Shown here piece after piece: positions 28,275-37,626 of a stretch of 64,000 nucleotides of DNA (its first letter is position 1; each line of letters begins with the position of its first letter). The position numbers were made by a program, and so were the translations under genes. The stretch is from Tepidisphaera sp. (GTDB lineage: Bacteria; Planctomycetota; Phycisphaerae; Phycisphaerales; UBA1924). The stretch is from positions 288,001 to 352,000 of the forward strand of contig CP051526.1 in assembly GCA_050916045.1 (NCBI GenBank). Direction: 5' to 3'. Under the pieces are notes generated by a model, which ran no database searches, was not told where the DNA came from, and saw only the letters and a list, made by a program, of their open reading frames with translations.

Positions 28275-28424
28275 AGCCGCCGCAACGCTGGAATGGAGCG
28301 ACAGCCCGGCCCGGCGCTCCGCCGGGCCGCCCGAGCACGACGCCAGCCCCGCGAGCGGCTCGCGAGGAGACGTCAGCGTCGTTGGGTGGGGGTGAGGTGG
28401 GGGGCGTGGGGGTGGTTCGGGCAC

Positions 28425-28475
28425 CGACTTCCGGAGGAACCGGGAGTCGATGGCACGCAGAGTCGGTGCCACCCG
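28425..28475. repeat. twin-hairpin repeat, copy 3
   Basis: CGACTTCCGG-AGGAA-CCGGGAGTCG followed by TGGCAC-N9-GTGCCA. Confidence 0.85.
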
Positions 28476-28514
28476 ACAGCGTGGACTGATGGCATCCAAT
28501 GGAGGCCCCCGCCT

Positions 28515-29747
28515 TTAACTCTGGGGGATTCCGCTCTGCTGGGAGTCGATCACCATCTCGTCCGCAGGTGCCGGAGCAGGCTTCACTTCGAATAGAGAAA
28601 GAGAGGCGAGCTTAGCTTCGTACTTTGAGATCGCTTCGTCGACTTCGATCTTTTGGAGCTTGATCTGAGTTTCGAGATCGGTTTCCGTTCCATAGATATC
28701 GTAAAGAAAACTCAGAACGCTGTCTTCACGGTTGCGATAAGTGATCTTGTCAAATCGAGGGTAGAATCTGGACTGCGTCGATTGACGCAGCCACCACAAG
28801 TGAGATTTGACATCCTGCGATGAGAGCGATTGCTCCAAGTCTGAGATGGCGCGGGACGCTCGGACTTGAACGATGCATGAAACCAGCCATTGATAGTGGC
28901 GGAACGAGTGATGTGCTCCGGGAAGAACACGGACCCTCTTGATGAATTGCTCCCACACATCGTACGTGTGCACGAGCTGGGGACCGGATATGGCATCTAC
29001 GGTTCTGAATCCAAACACCTTTCTTGCAACGCCCGCGGCTAGCATCTCGTGGTACATGAACATAGACCAGCAATACGAAAAAAGTGGATAGCACGCAAAG
29101 ACGATGTCGAGGAACTTGTCGTGGGGGCGTGGTCTTCCTGTCGGGGTTTTGCTCGTCGCTCGCGGAAAGTCGGTGATCGGGGCTCCCGGGTTCTTTGACG
29201 CCCACTCTCGAACAGCAAGCCGAAAGGACCACAGCTCGAGTTGATCCATGGCGATCGCGGATATGCTGCTTCGGGCGTTGCGATCGGATTCGCGATCATC
29301 GTGAAGACTAATGCTAAGCCAATCGTGAATCAATTTCGACTCCAGTTCGCGAAACCGAGAGATGGTCTCTCGCAGATGCTCGACCGTTCGGTCTCGCATG
29401 TGCTGCTTTCGCTCGCCGATTCGCCGACTATTGTTTTGAGTGAGCTCCACGATGGCTGTAATCAGCGCACCTACGGCTACGGACGCCGTGATCGCACTTA
29501 TGACGCCGCCGATCACGTCGAATGTCGGCTGGAGATAGACTGCTCCAAAAGCAATGATGGGTAGTATCAAGAGAAACGCAATGCCTGACCTGATCAGAAA
29601 GTACCGCAGACGAGTGGATAGGCTGTGGTACTTTGTGTGCTTCCGGCGTCGAGCATCCGAGATTTCATCCTCATCCCGGATCATTCGCCCGAGATCTCGA
29701 AGTGGAGAGCGAGACACGGGATTGGATCGAGCAGCGGATTTGTTCAT
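28515..29747 (-). CDS. low-GC membrane-anchored hypothetical protein, possible DUF4760-like domain
   Basis: Two N-terminal TM helices; segment YHEMLAAGV...YDVWEQFIKRVR...FRHYQWLV resembles the DUF4760 pattern by eye; visibly AT-richer than the flanks. Confidence 0.65.
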   Translation of the reverse strand: MNKSAARSNPVSRSPLRDLGRMIRDEDEISDARRRKHTKYHSLSTRLRYFLIRSGIAFLLILPIIAFGAVYLQPTFDVIGGVISAITASVAVGALITAIVELTQNNSRRIGERKQHMRDRTVEHLRETISRFRELESKLIHDWLSISLHDDRESDRNARSSISAIAMDQLELWSFRLAVREWASKNPGAPITDFPRATSKTPTGRPRPHDKFLDIVFACYPLFSYCWSMFMYHEMLAAGVARKVFGFRTVDAISGPQLVHTYDVWEQFIKRVRVLPGAHHSFRHYQWLVSCIVQVRASRAISDLEQSLSSQDVKSHLWWLRQSTQSRFYPRFDKITYRNREDSVLSFLYDIYGTETDLETQIKLQKIEVDEAISKYEAKLASLSLFEVKPAPAPADEMVIDSQQSGIPQS

Positions 29748-29946
29748 CGGTGTCTTTCACCTGTTTATGTGCGGCTGATCGATCTTTATCAAGTACTTGT
29801 GCGAATGAGTGATGACGCCTGCGACTCATCTCTGTGCCGGCGGCAGAATCGGCGGCGGAAGAGTTCGCGGCGATCATACTCGAAAGTTCATGCCCATGAA
29901 TGTCTCAAGCATGACGAACTCGCATGGCGAGAAAGCTGTAACGACG

Positions 29947-31170
29947 CTACAAATTCCCCCGCTTCTCCTGCTCCAGTTCCAGGGCTTCGAAGAGGGCTTT
30001 AAAATTCCCCTTGCCGAAGGCTTGGCTGCCGCGGCGGCAGATGATCTCGAAGAAGAGCGTCGGGCGGTCCTGGAGCGGCTTGGTGAAGAGCTGGAGGAGG
30101 TAGCCCTCATCGTCGGCGTCGACGAGGATGCCCAGCTCGCGGACCTTCTGGTGGTCTTCCTTCACGCTCTTGCCGATCGAGGCCAGCATGGGCTCGATGC
30201 GCTTCCAGCACTGCTCGTAGTAGGAGTCGGGGATCGAGAGGAAGTCCACGCCGCGGGAGCGGAGGGCGGCGATCGAGTGGAGCTCATCGTCGGTGCGGAG
30301 GGCCAGGTGCTGGACGCCGGGGGTGTTGTTGTGCCAGTCGAGGTATTCCTGCACCTGGGACTTCTTCTTGCCGGGGGCGGGCTCGTTGATGGGCATCTTG
30401 ATGAGGCCTTGGCCGGAGGCCATGACCTTGGACATCAGGGCGGAGTAGTCGGTCGCGATGTCCTTGTCGTCGAAGGACATGAACATCTTGAAGCCAAGGA
30501 CATCCTCGTAGAACTTCACCCAGTGGTTCATCTTGCCGAGCTCGACGTTGCCGACGAGGTGGTCGGTGTACTTGAGGCCCGCGGGGTTCCTCGCGTTGTA
30601 GTCGTTGAGGTTCTTGAAGAGCTTGGTCTGCTGGAAGCCGGGCATGAAGCGGCCCGTGCCAGTGCCGTGGGCTTGCTTGACGCTGGGGAGGTGGTAGGGC
30701 CCGGACTGGGGCCGCTGGACGAAGGTGTGGATGACTTCGCCGTAGGTCTTGATGGCGGCGGTGATGACGGTGCCGTCGGCGTCTTTGTGCTCGGTGGGTT
30801 CCTGAGCGGAGGTGCCGCCGTTTTTGATGGCTTGCTTCCAGGCGGCGGCGGCGTCGTGGACGGTGAAGGCGACGTCCTTGACGCCATCGCCGAAGAGGGC
30901 GACGTGGCGCGAGGCGGGGTGGTCCTTGGTGAGGCCGGAGGTGAGGATGAAGCGGATGTTGCCCTGGGTGAGGTAGTAGTGGGCGGCTTCGCGGCTGCCG
31001 GTGGTCTGGTCGGAGACCTGTTCGCAGGTGAAGCCGAAGCAGTGGCAGTAGAAGTAGGCGGCCTGCTTGGCGTTGCCGCAGTAGAACCGGACGTGGTCGA
31101 CGTCGATGAGGAGGAGGGGGTCGGTGGCGGGCTGGATTTTGGCGGCGGCGGCGGGGTTGAGGGTGGTCAT
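29947..31170 (-). CDS. hppD: 4-hydroxyphenylpyruvate dioxygenase
   Basis: GNAKQAA, GDGVKDVAF, DHLVGNV, INEP, GVQHLAL, GYLLQLFTKP and FFEII.R.G...FG.GNFKALFEALE. Confidence 0.96.
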   Translation of the reverse strand: MTTLNPAAAAKIQPATDPLLLIDVDHVRFYCGNAKQAAYFYCHCFGFTCEQVSDQTTGSREAAHYYLTQGNIRFILTSGLTKDHPASRHVALFGDGVKDVAFTVHDAAAAWKQAIKNGGTSAQEPTEHKDADGTVITAAIKTYGEVIHTFVQRPQSGPYHLPSVKQAHGTGTGRFMPGFQQTKLFKNLNDYNARNPAGLKYTDHLVGNVELGKMNHWVKFYEDVLGFKMFMSFDDKDIATDYSALMSKVMASGQGLIKMPINEPAPGKKKSQVQEYLDWHNNTPGVQHLALRTDDELHSIAALRSRGVDFLSIPDSYYEQCWKRIEPMLASIGKSVKEDHQKVRELGILVDADDEGYLLQLFTKPLQDRPTLFFEIICRRGSQAFGKGNFKALFEALELEQEKRGNL

Positions 31171-31355
31171 TGGCAGGGCTCCCGGGGTGTGCTTTGCGGA
31201 CTGGAAACTATAGGGGACGGGTGTTCCCTGAAGCGTTTCATCCGGGCGGCGGGAGCGGTGGGAGCGGTGGGGGCGGTGGGGGCCTTGGGGGCGGGAAGGG
31301 CTTGGGTCGCCGTCAGGCGGCCGCAAGCCGGATCGTGGAAGTGAGGTTTGGGTGC

Positions 31356-32867
31356 TTAGCAGCCTTCTTCGAAAGCCTGGACGAAGTCGGCGTAGTCGAA
31401 GAAGTCGATGAAGTCATCGCCGTTGAAGTCGCCGGGGCAGGCGGGGGCGATGGCGGCGACGTGGAGGTAGCCGGAGACGGATTTGGTGTCGCAGGGGTTG
31501 GAGATTCGGCATTCGTAGATGCCCGCGTCGGTCTGCTGGGCGTTGAAGATGGTGAGTGTGGGGGTGTTCACGCCGGTGATTCTGGCTGTGGCGCGGATGG
31601 AGTTGCCGTTGCGGTACCAGCGGAAGAGGGCTCCGGGCGAGGGGGAGCTGGCGGTGAACTGGGCGGTGCCGCCTGGGGCGACGGCCTGGTTGGCGGGGCC
31701 GGACTGGATCTGAATGGCTCCGCCGGTGATGGACTGGAGGGCTCCGAGTTCGCCGGGAACGTTTTGGAAGACGGCATCGGGGAGCGAGTCGTTGTTGATG
31801 TCGGCGATGACGACGGGGTATCTTCCGACGCTGTCCATTCCGAACTGGCCGAAGGACGCCGGTCCCGCGAAGGCGAGATCGACGCCCTTGAGGTAGAGAA
31901 CCAAGCTGAGTGGTTTGTTTGTGTCGCCCTGGAGTGCGAGCAGATCCTCGCGTCCGTCGGCGTTCAAGTCGGCGACGGCAAGGCTTCGGACGACGCCGAG
32001 GGCGGAGTCGGCCGGGACGCTGTTGAAGATGAAGGTTCCGTTGGAAACTCCGCGGTAGATGATGAACTCCGAGTTCAGCTGGGTCATGACCACGTCGGGG
32101 ACACCGTCACTCGTGATGTCCGTGATGACCGGAGCCTGCAATGCGCGCGAGCCCTGGGATGAAAAGGCTGCGGGGATCTGGAAGGTCCCGTTCCCGTTTC
32201 CAAGCGAGCGGGTGAGGGCGGGAGGGTTGACGGTGGTGGTGAGGAGGTCCAGACGGCCATCCCCGTTGATGTCGGCGAGGCCGAGCCAGCCGGGGCCGTC
32301 GCCTCCTGCCGGGGTGGTGAAGCGTGGGAAGAAACCTCCCCCCGCGGCGCCCATCAAGATTGAGACCGTGTCGTCGTCGACGTTACTCGCGAGGATGTCT
32401 TTGAAGCCGTCGTTGTTGAGGTCTTCGTAGGCGAGCTTGGTGGGGGAGGACCCGACGGAGTACGCCGCGGAGTTTACGGCGAAGGTGCCGTCGCCGATTC
32501 CGAGGTGGATACGGACGGAGCCGGCGCGGTACTCGGTGACGAGCAGATCGAGGATGCCGTCGTTGTTGGTGTCGTCGATCAGAAAGTCGATGGATGGGGG
32601 ATTGATGTCCATCGCGATGCTCTGGATCTGGGTGTAGTTTCCCTGCGCGTCGCGGCGGAAGATACGGACGCTGGAGGGGATGTTGGCTGTGCGGGACGCT
32701 TGGATGATCTCGGGGAAGCCGGACCCGTCGAGGTCCTTGGCGAGCAGGCAGACAGGAAGCCGGCTCGTCTCGGCGATCCGCGTGGGGGGGCCGAAGAATG
32801 GGCCGCAGTCGGCGTGGGCAAGGGTGGAAAGGGCGAGGGCGAGGGTGAAGGAAATCTTGTGTCGCAT
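31356..32867 (-). CDS. secreted FG-GAP/VCBS repeat protein with Ig-like domain and single C-terminal GC-type dockerin motif
   Basis: Signal peptide; repeated D.N.DG..D motifs; Ig segment WYRNG...DAGIYEC; ends CPGDFNGDDFIDFFDYADFVQAFEEGC. Confidence 0.88.
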   Translation of the reverse strand: MRHKISFTLALALSTLAHADCGPFFGPPTRIAETSRLPVCLLAKDLDGSGFPEIIQASRTANIPSSVRIFRRDAQGNYTQIQSIAMDINPPSIDFLIDDTNNDGILDLLVTEYRAGSVRIHLGIGDGTFAVNSAAYSVGSSPTKLAYEDLNNDGFKDILASNVDDDTVSILMGAAGGGFFPRFTTPAGGDGPGWLGLADINGDGRLDLLTTTVNPPALTRSLGNGNGTFQIPAAFSSQGSRALQAPVITDITSDGVPDVVMTQLNSEFIIYRGVSNGTFIFNSVPADSALGVVRSLAVADLNADGREDLLALQGDTNKPLSLVLYLKGVDLAFAGPASFGQFGMDSVGRYPVVIADINNDSLPDAVFQNVPGELGALQSITGGAIQIQSGPANQAVAPGGTAQFTASSPSPGALFRWYRNGNSIRATARITGVNTPTLTIFNAQQTDAGIYECRISNPCDTKSVSGYLHVAAIAPACPGDFNGDDFIDFFDYADFVQAFEEGC

Positions 32868-32941
32868 GGGAAATCTCCTGCTCGGGCCGGTGGCGGCCCG
32901 CCGGGCGTCATGCGACGGGGCCGGAGCGGAGATGCCAAGAT

Positions 32942-35900
32942 TCACTTGTCGCGGGAGACGGCGGCGCGACACTCTTCGAGCAGAGGTGCGATGGCGGGGT
33001 CGGGCTTGTCGGCGGTGGCGCTTTCGAAGGCGGCGAGGGCTTCGCGGGCTTCATCGCGGCGGCCGGCGCCGGCGAGGGCGAGGACGCGGAACAGGTGGAT
33101 GCTCGGGGTGAGGGGGTTCCACTTGGGGCGGGTTGCGGCGAAGCCCTGGTTGGCGCGATCGAGGAAGTCGAGGGCTTCGTCGAAGCGGCCGAGTCGGACG
33201 AGGGCCTGGCCGCGGACGTTGAGGGCGAAGGGGTCGTTGGTGCGGCTGGTGGCGAGTTGGGTGTCGCGGTCGACTGCGTCGAGGGTTTCGCGGCTGAGGG
33301 CGGGGAACTTGCTGAGGGCGATGACGGAGCTGTTGTTGATGAGGGTGGCGTGGTCGCCGATGGTTCGGGCGACGCGGGCGGCCTGCTCGCGGATTCTGGA
33401 GGGGATGGTGGGTTCGCGTTCGATGCGAGTGGCGAGTTCGGACATGTGGACGGCGGTGGGGCGGAGGCGTTCGATGACGCCGAGGGCCTGGCGGAGTTCC
33501 TCGCGGCGGGCGAGCAGGTCGGTATCGATGGGACCGGCTTCGAATCGCGTGAGCGCGTGGCGGATGGTGGAGGCGATGAGGTCGTCGCCGACGAAGCGGA
33601 GGCACCGGACGGGAACGGCAGCGGAGGCGAGGAAGGTCGCGACGTTGTCTCCGGAGGTGGTGTCGCGGATGGTGAGGGTGCCGTCGGGGTGTCCGGTGAC
33701 GACGCGCTTGAGGTCGGGTCGGAAGGCGATGGACTCGGCGGGAGCGGGGATGGGAAAGCGGCGGATCACGGAGAGGTCGGCGGCGTTGAGGAGGACGATC
33801 TCGTCGGTTGCGCCGATGGCGAGTCCGCCCTCGGCGAGGTCGATGGCGCGGGCGCCAGCGATGGGAGCCTGGCGTTTGGGTGCGGAGGGGTTGGTCGTGG
33901 AGAGGAGGGAGATGAAGTCTCCGCTGGCGAGGGCGAGGGTGTCCGAGTCGGTCCAGCACATGGCGCGGGGATCGCCCTGGAAGGGGACCTGGGCGAGGAT
34001 CCGGAGGTCGTCGGCGGCGAGGACGACGATGATGCCTTCGCGGAAGACGACAGCGAGCTTGCTCGCGTCGGCGGACCATGCGACGGCACCGGTGGCGGCG
34101 GCGCCGAAGGCGCGGAAGCCGAGCGGGGTGGCTGAGGCGAGGACTCGGCCTGTTCGGGTGTCGATGCGCAGGATGGTGCCGCGTTCGCCGGCGACGGCGA
34201 GCGTGACGCCGTCTGGGGCGAAGTCGGTAGCGGTCCAGGCTTCGAAGCTTGGGAAGAAGGTCCACTCGGGTTCGCCGGTGCGTGCGTCTCGGAGGATGAG
34301 TCGTCCCCAGTCGGCCTGGATGATTCGCCGACCGGCGCGGTCGATGGAGGTTGTGCCGGGGGGGATGGGTCCTTCGTGGCGGACTCGGTAGGGGCTGGCT
34401 CGCGTCGCGGCGGCCCAGATCTTGAGTGTGCCGGAGCTTGACGCGGCGGCGAGGGTTCGACCGTCGGGGGAGAAGCCGACGCCTTTGCCGAGCTGCGTGA
34501 GCCCGACGAGGGTTCCGAGGGTTTCGAGGGTTTCGAGGTCGAGGATTCGGATCTCACCGGCGTCGCTTTGGACCGCGAGGGTGGAGGAGTCGGGGCTGAC
34601 GGCGACGAGGTTGGTGCGGGCTCCGCTGACGTCGAGGGTGAGTCCGTGCACCTGGGTGCTTGCGATGCGGGTGCCGGTCAGGACGTCGATGACGCAGAGG
34701 GTCGAGGCGCGGCTGGCGACGCCCTCAAAGGTGAGGAGCTTGCGCCCGTCGGGGGTGAAGCGTGGAAAGATGCCGCGGGTGGTCCAGCGGAGCTGGCCGG
34801 TGGCGAGGTCGAAGACGCCGGATTCGAGGTCTCCGGATTCGACGGCGAAGAGCTTTCCGTCGGGGCTGATGGTGACGAAGGAGCGGCCATTTCGGGGTGG
34901 CTTGGGGAAGGAACGGACGATGGAGGCGGTTTCGGAGTCGAGGATGTCGATGAAGGGTTCGCTGCTTCGGGCGGAGGCGAAGAACCGTCCGTCGGGGGTG
35001 AAGGGTGTGGCTTGGAAGCGTCGGTCGTCCTCCCATCGTGCGATGACGCGTCCTGTCTGGAGGTTGTAGAGCATGGTGCCGCGGTAGCGGCTGGTGATGA
35101 AGTGTCGTCCACCGGGCGCGATGGCGATGGATTCGAGTCCTTCGATGGTTCCGGCGTCGAAGTCGGCGGTGAAGGAATCAGTCCAGCGCATGACCCTGGT
35201 GATGTGGGGGCTTTCGCTGACGAAGTACTCGCCGAAGACTCCGCTCACGTTGAAACCTCCTCCGGCGACCTGGAGGGTTCGGACGGAGCGGTCGGCGAGG
35301 CTGTCGAGGAGTTTCCATTCCCATCCGCGGAGTTCGACGGGTGCGGCGGAGAGTTGACGGCGCATGGCGGCGCCGTCGCCGAGTTCGAGAGCGGCGGCGG
35401 CGGCGGCGAGCGAGGCGCGGTAGGACTGGCGGAAGGCTTCGGCGGCTTTCTCGTCGGCGCGTGCGTGCTCGAAAGCTTCGGCGCGGCGGGCTTCTTCTTT
35501 GTCGTCGCGTTCCTTCATCGCGCTGATGAGGCCGTAGGTGGCGAGGCCCAGACCCAGGACGAGCGCGACGAGAATGGTGGCACCGGCGGAGACGGCGGCA
35601 CGGTTTCGGCGGGCCCATTTGCGGAGCCTGTAGGCGGCGCCGGGGGGGCCGGCGAGGACGGGCTCGTTTCGCAGGTAGCGCTCGATGTCGGTGGCGAGTG
35701 AGTTGGCGGTTTCGTAGCGGCGGGAGCGGTCCTTGTCCATGGCTCGCATGGTGATCCAGTCGAGCTCGCCGCGGAGGACGCGAGCCAGGCCTCCGGACTC
35801 GGCGTTTCGGAAGCGGGACGCGTCGGCGGAGGTTCTGGAGTGCGGCGAGCGTTGCTTGCTGACGCGGGTGCTTGGCTTTTGGGGCTCTTCTTCCTTGATG

Positions 35901-36877
35901 ATTCGCTTGAGCTCGTCGAAACCGGCGGAGCGGAGTCGTTTGGCGTCGAAGGGGGTGGAGCCTGTGAGGAGTTCGTAGAGGAGGACGCCGAGGGAGTAGA
36001 TGTCGGTGCGGGTGTCGACATCGACGCCGTGGGTGTGGGCTTGCTCGGGGGACATGTACTCGGGGGTTCCGAGGAGCTGGCGGAACTCGGTGAAGAGGGT
36101 TTTGTCGGTGAGGCGGCCGCCGGTGGCTTTGGCGATGCCGAAATCGATGACCTTTGGGAGGGGTTTGCCGTCGGCGACGGTGACGAGGACGTTGGAGGGC
36201 TTGATGTCTCGGTGGATGATGCCCTTCTGGTGGGCGTGCTGGATGGCGTTGCAGACGGCGAGGAAGAGGTCGAGTCGGTCGCGAGTGCGGAGGTTGGCTG
36301 TGTCGCAGTATTCCGTGATGGGGACGCCCTTGACGAGCTCCATGACGAAGTAGGGGCGACCGGCGGAGGTGGCTCCGGCGTCGAGGACGCGGGCGATGTT
36401 GGGGTGGTCCATCATCGCGAGGGCCTGTCGCTCGGCTTCGAACCGGGCGATGACCTGCTTGGTGTCCATGCCGAGCTTGATGATCTTGAGTGCGACGCGG
36501 CGGATGACTGGCTCGGTCTGCTGGGCCATGTAGACGGAGCCGAAGCCGCCCTCGCCGATGAGTTCGAGAATCCGGTAGGGGCCGACGGAGGTGCCGACGA
36601 GTTCGTCGTGCATGGTGGCGAAGGCGCGGGTCTCGGCGGTAGAGGGTGGCGGGGGTGCGCCGAAAGCGTCGCCGGCTTCCTCGATGGCGTCGAGGAGCGA
36701 GCGGACCTCGGCGCGGGCTTCGGCGTCTCCGCGGCAGGCTTGTTCGATGAAAGCGTGGCGTTCGGCGACGGGGAGTTCGACGGCTTCGACGAAGATGGCT
36801 TTGGCTTTGGCGCGGAAAGCGGGCGACCGCGGGGGATGCGGTTGGGCGGAGTTCGGGGGTGGCGGAGAGTCGGGCAT
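32942..36877 (-). CDS. Hanks-type Ser/Thr protein kinase with TM helix, WD40 repeats and C-terminal TPR-like region
   Basis: GEGGFG, VALK, HRDIKPSN, DFG and YMSPEQ; RGWEW linker; many (F)SPDG repeats. Confidence 0.93.
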   Translation of the reverse strand: MPDSPPPPNSAQPHPPRSPAFRAKAKAIFVEAVELPVAERHAFIEQACRGDAEARAEVRSLLDAIEEAGDAFGAPPPPSTAETRAFATMHDELVGTSVGPYRILELIGEGGFGSVYMAQQTEPVIRRVALKIIKLGMDTKQVIARFEAERQALAMMDHPNIARVLDAGATSAGRPYFVMELVKGVPITEYCDTANLRTRDRLDLFLAVCNAIQHAHQKGIIHRDIKPSNVLVTVADGKPLPKVIDFGIAKATGGRLTDKTLFTEFRQLLGTPEYMSPEQAHTHGVDVDTRTDIYSLGVLLYELLTGSTPFDAKRLRSAGFDELKRIIKEEEPQKPSTRVSKQRSPHSRTSADASRFRNAESGGLARVLRGELDWITMRAMDKDRSRRYETANSLATDIERYLRNEPVLAGPPGAAYRLRKWARRNRAAVSAGATILVALVLGLGLATYGLISAMKERDDKEEARRAEAFEHARADEKAAEAFRQSYRASLAAAAAALELGDGAAMRRQLSAAPVELRGWEWKLLDSLADRSVRTLQVAGGGFNVSGVFGEYFVSESPHITRVMRWTDSFTADFDAGTIEGLESIAIAPGGRHFITSRYRGTMLYNLQTGRVIARWEDDRRFQATPFTPDGRFFASARSSEPFIDILDSETASIVRSFPKPPRNGRSFVTISPDGKLFAVESGDLESGVFDLATGQLRWTTRGIFPRFTPDGRKLLTFEGVASRASTLCVIDVLTGTRIASTQVHGLTLDVSGARTNLVAVSPDSSTLAVQSDAGEIRILDLETLETLGTLVGLTQLGKGVGFSPDGRTLAAASSSGTLKIWAAATRASPYRVRHEGPIPPGTTSIDRAGRRIIQADWGRLILRDARTGEPEWTFFPSFEAWTATDFAPDGVTLAVAGERGTILRIDTRTGRVLASATPLGFRAFGAAATGAVAWSADASKLAVVFREGIIVVLAADDLRILAQVPFQGDPRAMCWTDSDTLALASGDFISLLSTTNPSAPKRQAPIAGARAIDLAEGGLAIGATDEIVLLNAADLSVIRRFPIPAPAESIAFRPDLKRVVTGHPDGTLTIRDTTSGDNVATFLASAAVPVRCLRFVGDDLIASTIRHALTRFEAGPIDTDLLARREELRQALGVIERLRPTAVHMSELATRIEREPTIPSRIREQAARVARTIGDHATLINNSSVIALSKFPALSRETLDAVDRDTQLATSRTNDPFALNVRGQALVRLGRFDEALDFLDRANQGFAATRPKWNPLTPSIHLFRVLALAGAGRRDEAREALAAFESATADKPDPAIAPLLEECRAAVSRDK

Positions 36878-36895
36878 GGCGCGTGCGGCGGTCGG

Positions 36896-37507
36896 TCAGC
36901 GTTCGGCGGAAGGCTCCCGGGTCTGCGCCTCGAGTTCGCGGAAGAGGACGGCTTTGGCGTAGGCCCATTCGCGCATCACCGTTCGTTCGGAGATGCCCAG
37001 GGCGCGTGCGGTGTCCTCGACCGAGAGCCCGGCGTAGAAGCGGAGGCGGACGACCGCGCCGGCGGTGGGGTCCGAAGCTTCGAGGCGACGGATGGCGTCG
37101 TCGACTGCCACGATTTCGTCAGAATCTTCGACCTGAGCGAGGTCCAGGACGTTGAGCGGGACCCGTTTGGCGGGTTTACCCCCTTCGCCGCCGCGTTTGA
37201 CGCGTCCGCGGGCCCGGGCGTGCTCGATCAGGATTCGGCGCATGGCTTCGGCGGCGGCGTGGAAAAAATGGGCCCGGTTGGCCCAGTCCAGGCCGGAGCC
37301 GGAAGCCGAGCCTGGTGAGCCGACGAGGCGTGCGTAAGCCTCGTGGACGAGAGCGGTTGCGACCAGTGTGTGGTCGCGACGTTCGTGGCTCATGCGTTCC
37401 TGAGCGACTTTCCTGAGCTGGTCATAGACGAGGGGGAGCAGGGCTTCGGCGGATTGCCGATCGCCCGCGCCGGCTCGTTGCATGAGGATGGTGATGTCCT
37501 CCGCCAT
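36896..37507 (-). CDS. planctomycete-type ECF sigma factor
   Basis: LLPLVYDQLRKVA, HTL.ATALVHEAY.RL, FFHAAAEAMRRILIEHAR and LRFYAGLS.E.TA..LGIS.RTV.REW. Confidence 0.93.
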   Translation of the reverse strand: MAEDITILMQRAGAGDRQSAEALLPLVYDQLRKVAQERMSHERRDHTLVATALVHEAYARLVGSPGSASGSGLDWANRAHFFHAAAEAMRRILIEHARARGRVKRGGEGGKPAKRVPLNVLDLAQVEDSDEIVAVDDAIRRLEASDPTAGAVVRLRFYAGLSVEDTARALGISERTVMREWAYAKAVLFRELEAQTREPSAER

Positions 37508-37626
37508 GGGTGAATCTCCCGGGAGAGGGTACTGCGCCGGGCGGCGGATTGCACGCCCCTTTGTGGGCAGGAGGGAACCCGATTGATTACCCTGCGTCTC
37601 ACAGGCGACTTTCGAAGGAGATCCCG

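Noticed and set aside
27656..28515. classical integron attC sites
   Set aside because: I found no RYYYAAC...GTTRRRY core pairs at the repeat boundaries, and there is no tyrosine integrase in the window.
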